NCBI GenBank assembly: GCA_038532435.1
Contig: JBCBAP010000002.1
Location: 66,327-130,326, forward strand
Direction of reading: 5' to 3'
DNA from: Pseudomonadota bacterium
Lineage (GTDB): Bacteria; Pseudomonadota; Alphaproteobacteria; Rhodobacterales; Rhodobacteraceae
DNA length: 64,000 nt
Below the pieces are notes generated by a model. It was given only the letters and a program-made list of their open reading frames with translations, was not told where the DNA came from and ran no database searches. Shown piece after piece: positions 37,338 through 45,074 of this stretch (positions are counted from its first letter, which is position 1; each line of letters begins with the position of its first letter). A program made the position numbers and the translations under genes.

Positions 37338-37931
37338 CTAGGAGTCCTCGAGCTGCGGTGCCGGTGTGTTCTCATCCAGCGGAGGCATTCGTTCTAAGCC
37401 GGCCCGCTCCATTGCATCAAGAAACGAGACGCGTTCGTCCTTGGGCATGATGAAGGGGATTTTGCCGCTAGACAGGTTGAAAGGATCTCCAACGAGCATA
37501 CGGTGCCTTGCCATCATGTAGTAAGTCCTGTCCCTGGTCTTCCAAGAATCTCCCAACTGGCGGGTCACAGGATTGTAGCTGTTGGGATATCGGTAGAAGA
37601 CTTGACTGTCTTTTATGTCCGGGTCGTACTCAACCTTCCAATAGCCATCAACGACCCTGCGGTTACCCGGATACCAGAGAAACAATCGCCCCTCCGGACC
37701 CACGTACCAGATCTGCATTCCGTGATCGTCGGAGTAATGGATGAAGGTGGTATCGGCGAGGAAGGCGAAAATGTTCTCGGGTGATGCTGCCGCTGTGAGT
37801 ATCTCGTCGACGGTCGACTTACCTCGTTGCGCGACGCCAAATTCCGTGAGCAGACGCTCGCGGTCGGACGGGCCGCAGGCGCCCAGGGCCATAAGAATAC
37901 CGGCGACTGCGACCCATGTTTTAAATGTCAT
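37338..37931 (-). CDS. Lipoprotein of unknown function (paralog A), low-GC
   Basis: 197 aa with signal plus lipobox MALGAC. It shares the same conserved blocks as paralog B. Three hand-counted 60-nt lines gave 47-55% GC. Confidence 0.6.
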   Translation of the reverse strand: MTFKTWVAVAGILMALGACGPSDRERLLTEFGVAQRGKSTVDEILTAAASPENIFAFLADTTFIHYSDDHGMQIWYVGPEGRLFLWYPGNRRVVDGYWKVEYDPDIKDSQVFYRYPNSYNPVTRQLGDSWKTRDRTYYMMARHRMLVGDPFNLSSGKIPFIMPKDERVSFLDAMERAGLERMPPLDENTPAPQLEDS

Positions 37932-37957
37932 TTTGCAAAAAACCTTGCTTGACAGGA

Positions 37958-39724
37958 TCAGACCAGAACGGCTCCGCCCGCCTCGATAGCGCCTTGGGTT
38001 TCGGCTTCGCCGAGGAGCATTTCATTGTGGGCCTTGCCCGACGGGATCATCGGGAAGCAGTTCTCGTGCTTCTCGACGAGGCAATCGAAAATCACGGGCC
38101 CATCATACTGGATCATCTCCATGATCGCATCGTCCAGGTCCGCGGGGTCTTTGCACAGGATGCCCTTGGCACCGAACGCTTCCGCCAGCTTGACGAAGTC
38201 CGGCAGCGCCTCTGACCAGGAATGGCTGTAGCGTTCCCCGTGGAGCAGTTCCTGCCACTGCCGCACCATGCCGAGGCGTTCATTGTTGAGGATGAACTGC
38301 TTGACCGGCAGGCGGTACTGCACCGCCGTGCCCATCTCCTGCATGTTCATCAGCCAGGACGCCTCTCCTGCCACGTTGATCACCAGCGCATCCGGGTGGG
38401 CGATCTGCACCCCGATGGAGGCAGGCGTCCCGTAGCCCATGGTGCCCAGTCCGCCCGAGGTCATCCAGCGGTTTGGATCCTCAAAGCCCATGAATTGTGC
38501 CGCCCACATCTGGTGCTGGCCCACCTCCGTGGTGATGTAGCGGTCATACTTCTTGGTCAGCGCCTCCAGCCGCTCAAGCGCGTACTGCGGTTTGATCGTG
38601 GTGGCGGAGTTGGTGTAGCCGAGGCACTTGATCGCCCGCCACTGATCGATCTGCGACCACCATTGGGAGAGGCGGTCAGAGCGGGTCTTTGACCCGCGCT
38701 CTTTCCAGACCCGCAGGATCTCCTCCAGCACTGCGCCGCAATCGCCGACGATCGGGACATCCACGTGGATATTCTTGTTGATCGAGGACGGGTCGATGTC
38801 GATGTGCACCTTCCGCGAGCCCGGAGAGAACGCATCGACCCGCCCCGTGATCCGGTCGTCGAAGCGGGCGCCGATACAGAACATCGCGTCGCAATCGTGC
38901 ATCGCCATGTTCGCCTCGTAGGTGCCGTGCATGCCCAGCATGCCCATCCAGAGCTTGCCGGAGGCCGGATAGCAGCCCAGCCCCATCAGCGTGGAGGTGA
39001 TCGGAAAGCCCGTCGCCTCCGCCAGTTCCCGCAGGAGGGCGGTGGCGCGGTTGTCGGTCTTGTTGCCCGAGTTGATCACGCCGCCGCCGGAATAGAGGAT
39101 CGGCCTCTCCGCTTGCTCGATCAGTTCGACCGCGGCGAGGATCGCGTCCGGATCGCCCGCGGTGCGAGGCTGATAGTGGCTGGTGCTCACCTCGTCCATC
39201 TGGACATAGTCCGCGGTGGCAAACTGGACGTCCTTTGGAATGTCGATCAGCACCGGGCCGGGCCTGCCGGAGGTCGCCACGTGGAACGCCTGGTGGATCG
39301 TGTCCGCGAGGTCCGCGGTGTCCTTCACCAGCCAGTTATGCTTCGTGCAGGGCCGGGTGATGCCGACCGTGTCCGCCTCCTGAAACGCGTCATTGCCGAT
39401 CATGAAGGTTGGGACCTGACCGGTCAGCACGATCATCGGGATGGAATCCATCAGCGCGTCCGTGAGGCCCGTCACTGCGTTCGTGGCCCCGGGCCCCGAG
39501 GTCACCAGAACCACGCCGGGCTTGCCCGTCGAGCGGGCATAGCCTTCCGCTGCATGGGTCGCGCCCTGTTCGTGGCGCACCAGGATATGGCGGATGTCGT
39601 TCTGCTGGAAGATCTCGTCATAGATCGGAAGGACCGCGCCGCCGGGATACCCGAACACGGTATCCACGCCCTGATCCTTCAGCGCTTTCACAACGATTTG
39701 TGCGCCTGTCATGGCTCGGGTCAT
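37958..39724 (-). CDS. ilvI: Acetolactate synthase large (catalytic) subunit, biosynthetic type
   Basis: 588 aa with GGAGAA 5 nt upstream of the ATG. Contains VFGYPGGAVLPIYD and the ThDP motif GLGTMGYG...NN. Confidence 0.95.
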   Translation of the reverse strand: MTRAMTGAQIVVKALKDQGVDTVFGYPGGAVLPIYDEIFQQNDIRHILVRHEQGATHAAEGYARSTGKPGVVLVTSGPGATNAVTGLTDALMDSIPMIVLTGQVPTFMIGNDAFQEADTVGITRPCTKHNWLVKDTADLADTIHQAFHVATSGRPGPVLIDIPKDVQFATADYVQMDEVSTSHYQPRTAGDPDAILAAVELIEQAERPILYSGGGVINSGNKTDNRATALLRELAEATGFPITSTLMGLGCYPASGKLWMGMLGMHGTYEANMAMHDCDAMFCIGARFDDRITGRVDAFSPGSRKVHIDIDPSSINKNIHVDVPIVGDCGAVLEEILRVWKERGSKTRSDRLSQWWSQIDQWRAIKCLGYTNSATTIKPQYALERLEALTKKYDRYITTEVGQHQMWAAQFMGFEDPNRWMTSGGLGTMGYGTPASIGVQIAHPDALVINVAGEASWLMNMQEMGTAVQYRLPVKQFILNNERLGMVRQWQELLHGERYSHSWSEALPDFVKLAEAFGAKGILCKDPADLDDAIMEMIQYDGPVIFDCLVEKHENCFPMIPSGKAHNEMLLGEAETQGAIEAGGAVLV

Positions 39725-39782
39725 CGGTCTTCTCCACTTGCTCCGGCGGTCTCCTCTGCCGCCGCTGGGTTTCGTTCCGGCA

Positions 39783-39807
39783 CAAAAAAACCCCCTTCCG
39801 GGGGTTC
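39783..39807 (-). terminator. Rho-independent terminator of the ilv attenuator
   Basis: The minus strand reads GAACCCCC-GGAA-GGGGGTT followed by TTTTT-GTG, 57 nt upstream of the ilvI ATG and 37 nt after the leader stop. Confidence 0.75.
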
Positions 39808-39843
39808 AGCGCGTTTGGTCCGTTGGGGATCAGTGCCCCCCGG

Positions 39844-39885
39844 TCAAACGCGCAAGCCGACAAGTACGATGCTGTTTCTCATCAT
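39844..39885 (-). CDS. ilv leader peptide MMRNSIVLVGLRV (13 codons)
   Basis: Hand translation of the minus strand. Six of 13 residues are Ile/Val/Leu. The UGA stop abuts CCGGGGGG, which can pair with the CCCCCGG arm of the terminator. Confidence 0.6.
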   Translation of the reverse strand: MMRNSIVLVGLRV

Positions 39886-39891
39886 GCTGTC

Positions 39892-39919
39892 GTTGTACCC
39901 CACCCATCGGGGGGGTCAA
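39892..39919 (-). promoter_or_regulatory. Promoter-like TTGACC-N16-TACAAC upstream of the leader
   Basis: The -10 element ends about 6 nt before the leader AUG, so the leader would be translated from a near-leaderless mRNA. No clear SD was seen. Confidence 0.3.
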
Positions 39920-40068
39920 GGGCGAAGATTCAGAAAAATGCGGGTAAGGGGTGGTGCGCGCAATTTTGTTAAGGCCGCACTCGATCCTGTTCCGACAGCA
40001 TCCCTTGTAGCACTCCACCGAGCAGCGGCCGTCAGCCACATCGTGTGTGATCCCTTGCGTTGGCGAGA

Positions 40069-40944
40069 TCACGACCAGTCCAATCCTGCCAGCCAGTCCT
40101 TCACCGCCATAACCGATGGGCTGGCCGCCTGATCGGCGTGAGAAAGGAGCCATACTTCCCGCGCAGGCGGCGGGTCATGACGCTCAACCGACAGCGGCCC
40201 CACGCGCGCATCGGGAAGTGCGACTGCGCGCGGCAGCAGTGATTTGCCGAGGCCGCAGGCAACCGCCTCCAGTGCCGTGTCCGCATCCCCGACCTTGATC
40301 AGGGTCTGTCTCTCCCGGTCATCTTCCGTCACCGCTTCAAGCCATCGCGCCTGTGGCAACTGGGCCAGGATGTCGGGGTAGGTGATCCACCCCAACGTCT
40401 CCAACTCATCCGGCGATATCGCACGGGAGGCGAACGCACCGAACCGCAGTTCCCCCAGCCTGTGCGCCTTGGTCTTCAGCCCCCCACCGGTCGGCCGCGC
40501 GAACCTGACGGCCAGATCCGCGTCGCGCTTGAACAGATCCAGGTTGGTCGCGGCGGGGAGCAATTCGACGGTCAGCCGGGGATGCCGCGCGCTCAAGGTT
40601 GCCAGATTGGGAACCAGCAGACGGTTCACGATGATCGGAACCGAGCTGATGCGGACGCACCCGGTGATATTGGGTCTCTGTTCCGCGAGCGTCTCGACGA
40701 TTCTGGAGTTCTCCCGCTCCACGGTTTCCGCAAGCGACATGATCCGAAGGGCGGCTTCGGTCGGCGTGTAGCGCCCTTCGGTACTTCCCAGAAACAGGGG
40801 TGCGCCAAGCTGAACCTCCAACGCGCGGATCCGGCGGGTGACGGTCGTCGGGCTCGCTCTCACCCGGCCCGCAGCACCCTTGAGGGTCCCGGAGCGATAG
40901 AGCGCGAGGAGGTATTTCAGATCGTTCCAATCGAAGCTCTGCAC
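40069..40944 (-). CDS. LysR-family transcriptional regulator
   Basis: GTG at 40944 gives (M)QSFDWNDLKYLLALYRSGTLKGAAGRVRASPTTVTRRIRALE. The listed 642-aa ORF is an artefactual upstream extension. Confidence 0.85.
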   Translation of the reverse strand: MQSFDWNDLKYLLALYRSGTLKGAAGRVRASPTTVTRRIRALEVQLGAPLFLGSTEGRYTPTEAALRIMSLAETVERENSRIVETLAEQRPNITGCVRISSVPIIVNRLLVPNLATLSARHPRLTVELLPAATNLDLFKRDADLAVRFARPTGGGLKTKAHRLGELRFGAFASRAISPDELETLGWITYPDILAQLPQARWLEAVTEDDRERQTLIKVGDADTALEAVACGLGKSLLPRAVALPDARVGPLSVERHDPPPAREVWLLSHADQAASPSVMAVKDWLAGLDWS

Positions 40945-40971
40945 ATGTGCAGAGTAGCCCTGCACATCTGC
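40939..40971. promoter_or_regulatory. CTGCACATGTGCAG palindrome plus repeated CTGCACAT half-site
   Basis: A 14-bp perfect palindrome (40939-40952) overlaps the LysR GTG. CTGCACAT recurs at 40960, 21 bp away, in the 90-bp divergent spacer to the YciI gene. Confidence 0.4.
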
Positions 40972-41034
40972 TGACTCAATCCATGAGACAGGCGTGCGAT
41001 CCTCATGATGCACCAGTTCACCGGAGACCGATCC

Positions 41035-41331
41035 ATGACCTTTATCGTCCTGTTCGAGGATGCACCCGACGCGGATGCAGACATCCGCAAGGTCAAGATG
41101 CCCGAGCATCTTGCTTTTCTGGAGGCCAATGCAGACAGGGTCAGTGCCGCCGGCCCGCTCTTCGACGCGGACAATCGAGGCAGGGACGGTCTCTGGATCG
41201 TCGAGGCTGACAACGTGGCCGAGATCGAGGCACTGATCCGGGAGGATCCGTTCTGGCCTACGGGGTTGCGCAAGTCCTACGCAATCATCGAGTGGACCCG
41301 GGTTTTCGCGGACGGGCGCAGGCTGATCTGA
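41035..41331 (+). CDS. YciI family protein
   Basis: 98 aa from the ATG at 41035 (GGAGA 7 nt upstream). Contains MTFIVLFEDAP...HLAFL...DPF. Confidence 0.8.
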   Translation: MTFIVLFEDAPDADADIRKVKMPEHLAFLEANADRVSAAGPLFDADNRGRDGLWIVEADNVAEIEALIREDPFWPTGLRKSYAIIEWTRVFADGRRLI

Positions 41332-41336
41332 GGGCG

Positions 41337-42074
41337 CTAACTCTTGAATTGACTGCGCAGGATCGCCGAATAGCGCACCGGTTCCTTGAGCGGCCAGAGA
41401 TGGTCCCGGCCGTCCAAAACCAGAGCATCGACGTTCGGGTTCTCGGCAGCGAGTCGGTTGGGTGTCAACCGGATCGCCCCGGGCTCCTTGCTGCCGGAGA
41501 CGGCGAGCAGTGGCACGGGCGGTGCCGTCAGACCGGTCGGTGACCGGAAGTCCACCGCCTGAATGCCCGCGCGCCGAATGGTGCGCGGACGGATCACCTT
41601 CGCCCCTTCCACGAAACGCGACCCGGCCTGAGGGTCGCCGAGCACGCCGGAAAACAGCCACAGCAGCGACGGTACCGCGAACATTGACCCGTTGATCACA
41701 TACGCAAGGCGGTAGAGTGGGCGCCAGCGAAGGTGGCCGATATGGAACCCGCTCAGAACCGCGCGCGCGAACCGGTCCGGTCGCTTGCCCAGCATCAGCC
41801 AGCCCACGTAGGCGCCGAGAGACTGCCCGACGAGGTAAACCGGCCGTCCCGCTGGCAGTGTCTCGACCACGTCGATGACGCTGTCTGCCGTGTGCGCAAG
41901 CGTCTCCCACGGCATTGCCGCGCTGCCCCCGTGGCCGGGCATGTCCGGCACCAAGGCGCCAAAATCTGTCAGATCCGCCCGGACCGGATCCCAGCACCAG
42001 CTGACCATGCCGAGACCGTGGAGGCAGAGGATCGCGGGCGCGTCATCCGGACCGTCCAGAACGAAGGAAAGCAT
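41337..42074 (-). CDS. Alpha/beta hydrolase
   Basis: ATG at 42074. Oxyanion region LCLHGLG and nucleophile elbow GQSLG. Confidence 0.8.
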   Translation of the reverse strand: MLSFVLDGPDDAPAILCLHGLGMVSWCWDPVRADLTDFGALVPDMPGHGGSAAMPWETLAHTADSVIDVVETLPAGRPVYLVGQSLGAYVGWLMLGKRPDRFARAVLSGFHIGHLRWRPLYRLAYVINGSMFAVPSLLWLFSGVLGDPQAGSRFVEGAKVIRPRTIRRAGIQAVDFRSPTGLTAPPVPLLAVSGSKEPGAIRLTPNRLAAENPNVDALVLDGRDHLWPLKEPVRYSAILRSQFKS

Positions 42075-42220
42075 GGGCGAGCCTTTCACCAAGCAGCGCC
42101 CCGCCCTCAACGGATCATCCGGATCGGGGCTGGCGGGATGGCACGCGGTCGACCGGTGTCGCTCATCGATGGACGGCTATGCCTCCCACGCAAGCACGTA
42201 TGCGCTCGCGGACCGGGATC

Positions 42221-42832
42221 CTAGTCCTCGGGGTCGTAGCGTTCCACGTAGGAGGTGATCAGCCGGTCCATCGCCTCGCGCGCGGCGAAGTTCATGTCCG
42301 GGCTCACGTCGAGGGAGGCTGCCATTTTCCAATGGCCGTACATTAGCGCGACGAAGAGATGGGCGAGTTCCTCGCAGGCCCGCTGGGGCAGGTCGCTGTG
42401 GCTGATCTGGATCTCATGGGCAACCGTCAGGCGCAGAAGCCCGTAGCCGTCCGTTAGGTTCTGCTTGACCCGCGGATGGGTCGCGGCGAGCGCCATCATC
42501 GCGTCGTAGATCGTGTCATCCACCGGTTTCGAATGGCCCGTGGTGGTCACCAGTCCGAAATAGAAATCGAGGAAGAGGTCCAGCCGTTCTGTCGATTTCG
42601 CGGCGAGGATCCCCTCAGCGAGCCGCCGCTTGTACTCCGCCGCCAGGGCATCGCACACCGCGACCATGAGCTCTTCGGGATCCGAAAAGTAGTGCCGGAC
42701 AAGCTGGCGGGACATGTCCGCCTCTGTCGCGATCTTGTCATAGACAGGAAGTGCCACACCTGTGGTCTGCAGCGTTCGCATGCAGGCGTCCACAATCTCG
42801 GCGCGCCGGATGTCTGCGATACGTTGTGCCAT
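42221..42832 (-). CDS. TetR/AcrR-family transcriptional regulator
   Basis: 203 aa with an N-terminal helix-turn-helix (YDKIATEADMSRQLVRHYF). Confidence 0.8.
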   Translation of the reverse strand: MAQRIADIRRAEIVDACMRTLQTTGVALPVYDKIATEADMSRQLVRHYFSDPEELMVAVCDALAAEYKRRLAEGILAAKSTERLDLFLDFYFGLVTTTGHSKPVDDTIYDAMMALAATHPRVKQNLTDGYGLLRLTVAHEIQISHSDLPQRACEELAHLFVALMYGHWKMAASLDVSPDMNFAAREAMDRLITSYVERYDPED

Positions 42833-42892
42833 GGATGAAGTCCTTGTCCGTCGAGCGCCACCCTAACTATCTGATCCAATGAGATACAATTA

Positions 42893-42908
42893 GTTAACGG
42901 ATTATTAA
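42893..42908 (-). promoter_or_regulatory. Perfect CtrA-box consensus TTAA-N7-TTAAC (minus strand)
   Basis: The minus strand reads TTAAtaatccgTTAAC, 61-76 nt upstream of the TetR ATG, in an AT-rich spacer. Confidence 0.45.
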
Positions 42909-42927
42909 TACTCGTGCCGCAATCCCG

Positions 42928-43563
42928 TCAAACTTCAAGACCGAGCAGCCCGCTTTCGAGCACATAGCGGGTCAGTCCGGCGGTGGTCGAGATGCCGAGT
43001 TTGCGCTTGATGTTTTTGCGATGGGTCTCGACCGTCCTGATCGAAATCGAGAGTTCCTCCGCCACTTCCTTGTTGCTCTTGCCCCGGGCAAGGCGCAGCA
43101 GGACCGTCTGCTCCCTGGACGTGAGGACGCCGCGTCCTTCCGCATCGTCGGGGGGCTGGATCATGCGCTCCGTGCCCGTGCAGAGGTAGATCTCGCCTGC
43201 ATGCACCCGCTCGATGGCGGTCACGATCTCTTCGGTCGGTACGTCTTTGAGGAGGTAGCCGCGCGCGCCATGGCGCAGGGCGGTGGTGATGTATTCCGGA
43301 TTGTCGTGCATGGACAGCACCACAATCCGCGCCTCCGGCGTGCGCTCCAGGATGATCTCCGTCGCGGTCAGCCCGTTCATGCCCGGCATGTTGAGATCCA
43401 TGAGCAGCACATCCGGGCTGTGCGCGGCCATCGCCTCGACCGCGTCCCGCCCGTTTGCGGCCGTGCCCAATACCTCGATCTGGGGGTAGGTCTCCAGCAT
43501 GGCGCGGATGCCCTCGGTCACCAGCGGGTGGTCATCGGCGAGGACGATGCGGATCTGGCTCAT
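42928..43563 (-). CDS. NarL/FixJ (LuxR-type) response regulator
   Basis: Receiver domain with DD...D (LLMDLNMPGMNG) and a C-terminal helix-turn-helix LTSREQTVLLRLARGKSNKEVAEEL. Forms an ATGA overlap with the kinase gene. Confidence 0.9.
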   Translation of the reverse strand: MSQIRIVLADDHPLVTEGIRAMLETYPQIEVLGTAANGRDAVEAMAAHSPDVLLMDLNMPGMNGLTATEIILERTPEARIVVLSMHDNPEYITTALRHGARGYLLKDVPTEEIVTAIERVHAGEIYLCTGTERMIQPPDDAEGRGVLTSREQTVLLRLARGKSNKEVAEELSISIRTVETHRKNIKRKLGISTTAGLTRYVLESGLLGLEV

Positions 43564-45002
43564 GCGCTGCGCTCCATGCTTTGGGGGGCACCACCGCTGA
43601 CAAGGTGCTTGGCTGGCAGGTTCACGTCGATGATCGTGCCCTTGGAGGAACTGAGCACGCGCAGCGTGCCATCCAGATGCTCGATCCGCTCCGCCATGTT
43701 GCGCAGCCCGATGCCCGCTTTGGGCCCGACCTCCGTCGAAGGGGTAAAGCCGACGCCATTGTCCCGGATTGTCATGCGCACGCCCCGGCGGTGGGGCTTG
43801 ATCTCCACAAGGGTCTGCGTGGCTGCGGCATGACGCTCGATGTTCGTCAGTGCCTCCTGCGCGACGCGGAAGAGGGCGGTCTTGCCTTCCGAATTCAGGC
43901 TGTTGCGCAGGGCGACCGTGTCGAGCCGGGTCGCGATGCCCGTGCGGTCCGAGAACTCGTCGCAGAGCGATTGCAACGCGGGAGACAACCCTAGATCGTC
44001 GAGTGCGCCCGGCCGCAGATCGCGGGAGATCCGGCGCACCTCCTGAATCGCGGTGTTGAGGGAGGATTTTGATTTTTCAATCGGATCGAGACTGTCGCCC
44101 CGCCCGGTCGCGATCCGCCGTCCTGCAAGCTCAAGCGAGTAGCGGATGGAGACGAGGAGTTGACTGATTCCGTCGTGCAGCTCCCGCGCCACACGCCCCC
44201 GCTCTTCCTCCTGTGTATCGACAATGCGCGCGGCGAGCCCGGCGAGCTTCGCATCCGCAAGGCGCCTTTCGCGCAGGTTGATCACCAGGCCGGAGAAGAA
44301 GAGGCCGACCATGACGATGAGCGTGATCGACACGATCCACACGAAGGTCGTGCGGATGCGAGCCTCCATCTCTGCCCGCGCGGCGGCGACCTCCGCAATC
44401 ACATCGTCGATGAAGATCCCGGTGCCCACGGCCCATTTCCAATCTTGCAGGCCGATCACGTAGGAAAACATCTCCGCCTCCTCGCCCGTCGACGGTTTCG
44501 GCCAGACGTAGCGGTGATATCCGCCACCCTGCCGGGCCAGATCGATCAGCGGCTCGACCACGGGTGTGCCCTGGCTGTCGGTCAAATCCTCCCAGTTCCC
44601 ACCGATCAGAAAGGTCTGGCGTGGAGAAACGAGGTTGGTCCCGTCATACTCGTAGACGAAGAAGAAGCCGTCCTTGCCATAGGTCATCGCCGAGAGGATC
44701 TGCGTCGCCCGCAGCTTCGCCTCCTCATCATCGAACTGCGCTGGGCCGTAGATGTGATAGATCGCGTTCCGCGCGAGGCTCATATAGTTGTGAAGCTCCG
44801 CCTGCTTGGCCTCCAGCAGCGTCTCCTCGAGCAGTGCAAGTTCCTGTTCGGTGAAGTGACGGTACTGGTAGGCGACCAGCGCGGTGATCGCCGCGACGGC
44901 GAGGACAAGCGGCAAGGCGGCCAGAAGAACGATCTTCTGGCCGTAGTTCGGTCTCAGCATCGTCAGGAGGGATCGCAGGCGCGCTCCCGTCGGCGTCTCC
45001 AT
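43560..45002 (-). CDS. Sensor histidine kinase, periplasmic single-Cache-like domain, HisKA_3 type
   Basis: 480 aa. Two TM helices flank a roughly 190-aa periplasmic domain. H-box ELHDGISQLL and an HATPase_c domain (GIGLRNMAERI) follow. Confidence 0.85.
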   Translation of the reverse strand: METPTGARLRSLLTMLRPNYGQKIVLLAALPLVLAVAAITALVAYQYRHFTEQELALLEETLLEAKQAELHNYMSLARNAIYHIYGPAQFDDEEAKLRATQILSAMTYGKDGFFFVYEYDGTNLVSPRQTFLIGGNWEDLTDSQGTPVVEPLIDLARQGGGYHRYVWPKPSTGEEAEMFSYVIGLQDWKWAVGTGIFIDDVIAEVAAARAEMEARIRTTFVWIVSITLIVMVGLFFSGLVINLRERRLADAKLAGLAARIVDTQEEERGRVARELHDGISQLLVSIRYSLELAGRRIATGRGDSLDPIEKSKSSLNTAIQEVRRISRDLRPGALDDLGLSPALQSLCDEFSDRTGIATRLDTVALRNSLNSEGKTALFRVAQEALTNIERHAAATQTLVEIKPHRRGVRMTIRDNGVGFTPSTEVGPKAGIGLRNMAERIEHLDGTLRVLSSSKGTIIDVNLPAKHLVSGGAPQSMERSA

Positions 45003-45074
45003 CCTCAGCCTCGGTTACCCGGGTTCTGGGCGCATTTGACGCAAATCCGTTGCAAAAGGAAAGGGGGCGCTGCC

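Noticed and set aside
38765-40132. 455-aa plus-strand ORF opposite ilvI and its leader region
   Set aside because: It is antisense to ilvI and runs through the attenuator and into the LysR gene. The composition is typical of a shadow frame.
40945-41997. Upstream 350 codons of the listed 642-aa ORF 40069..41997
   Set aside because: The LysR helix-turn-helix begins right at GTG 40944. The extension overlaps the YciI gene (opposite strand) and the hydrolase gene (another frame), and is Arg/Gly/Pro-rich.
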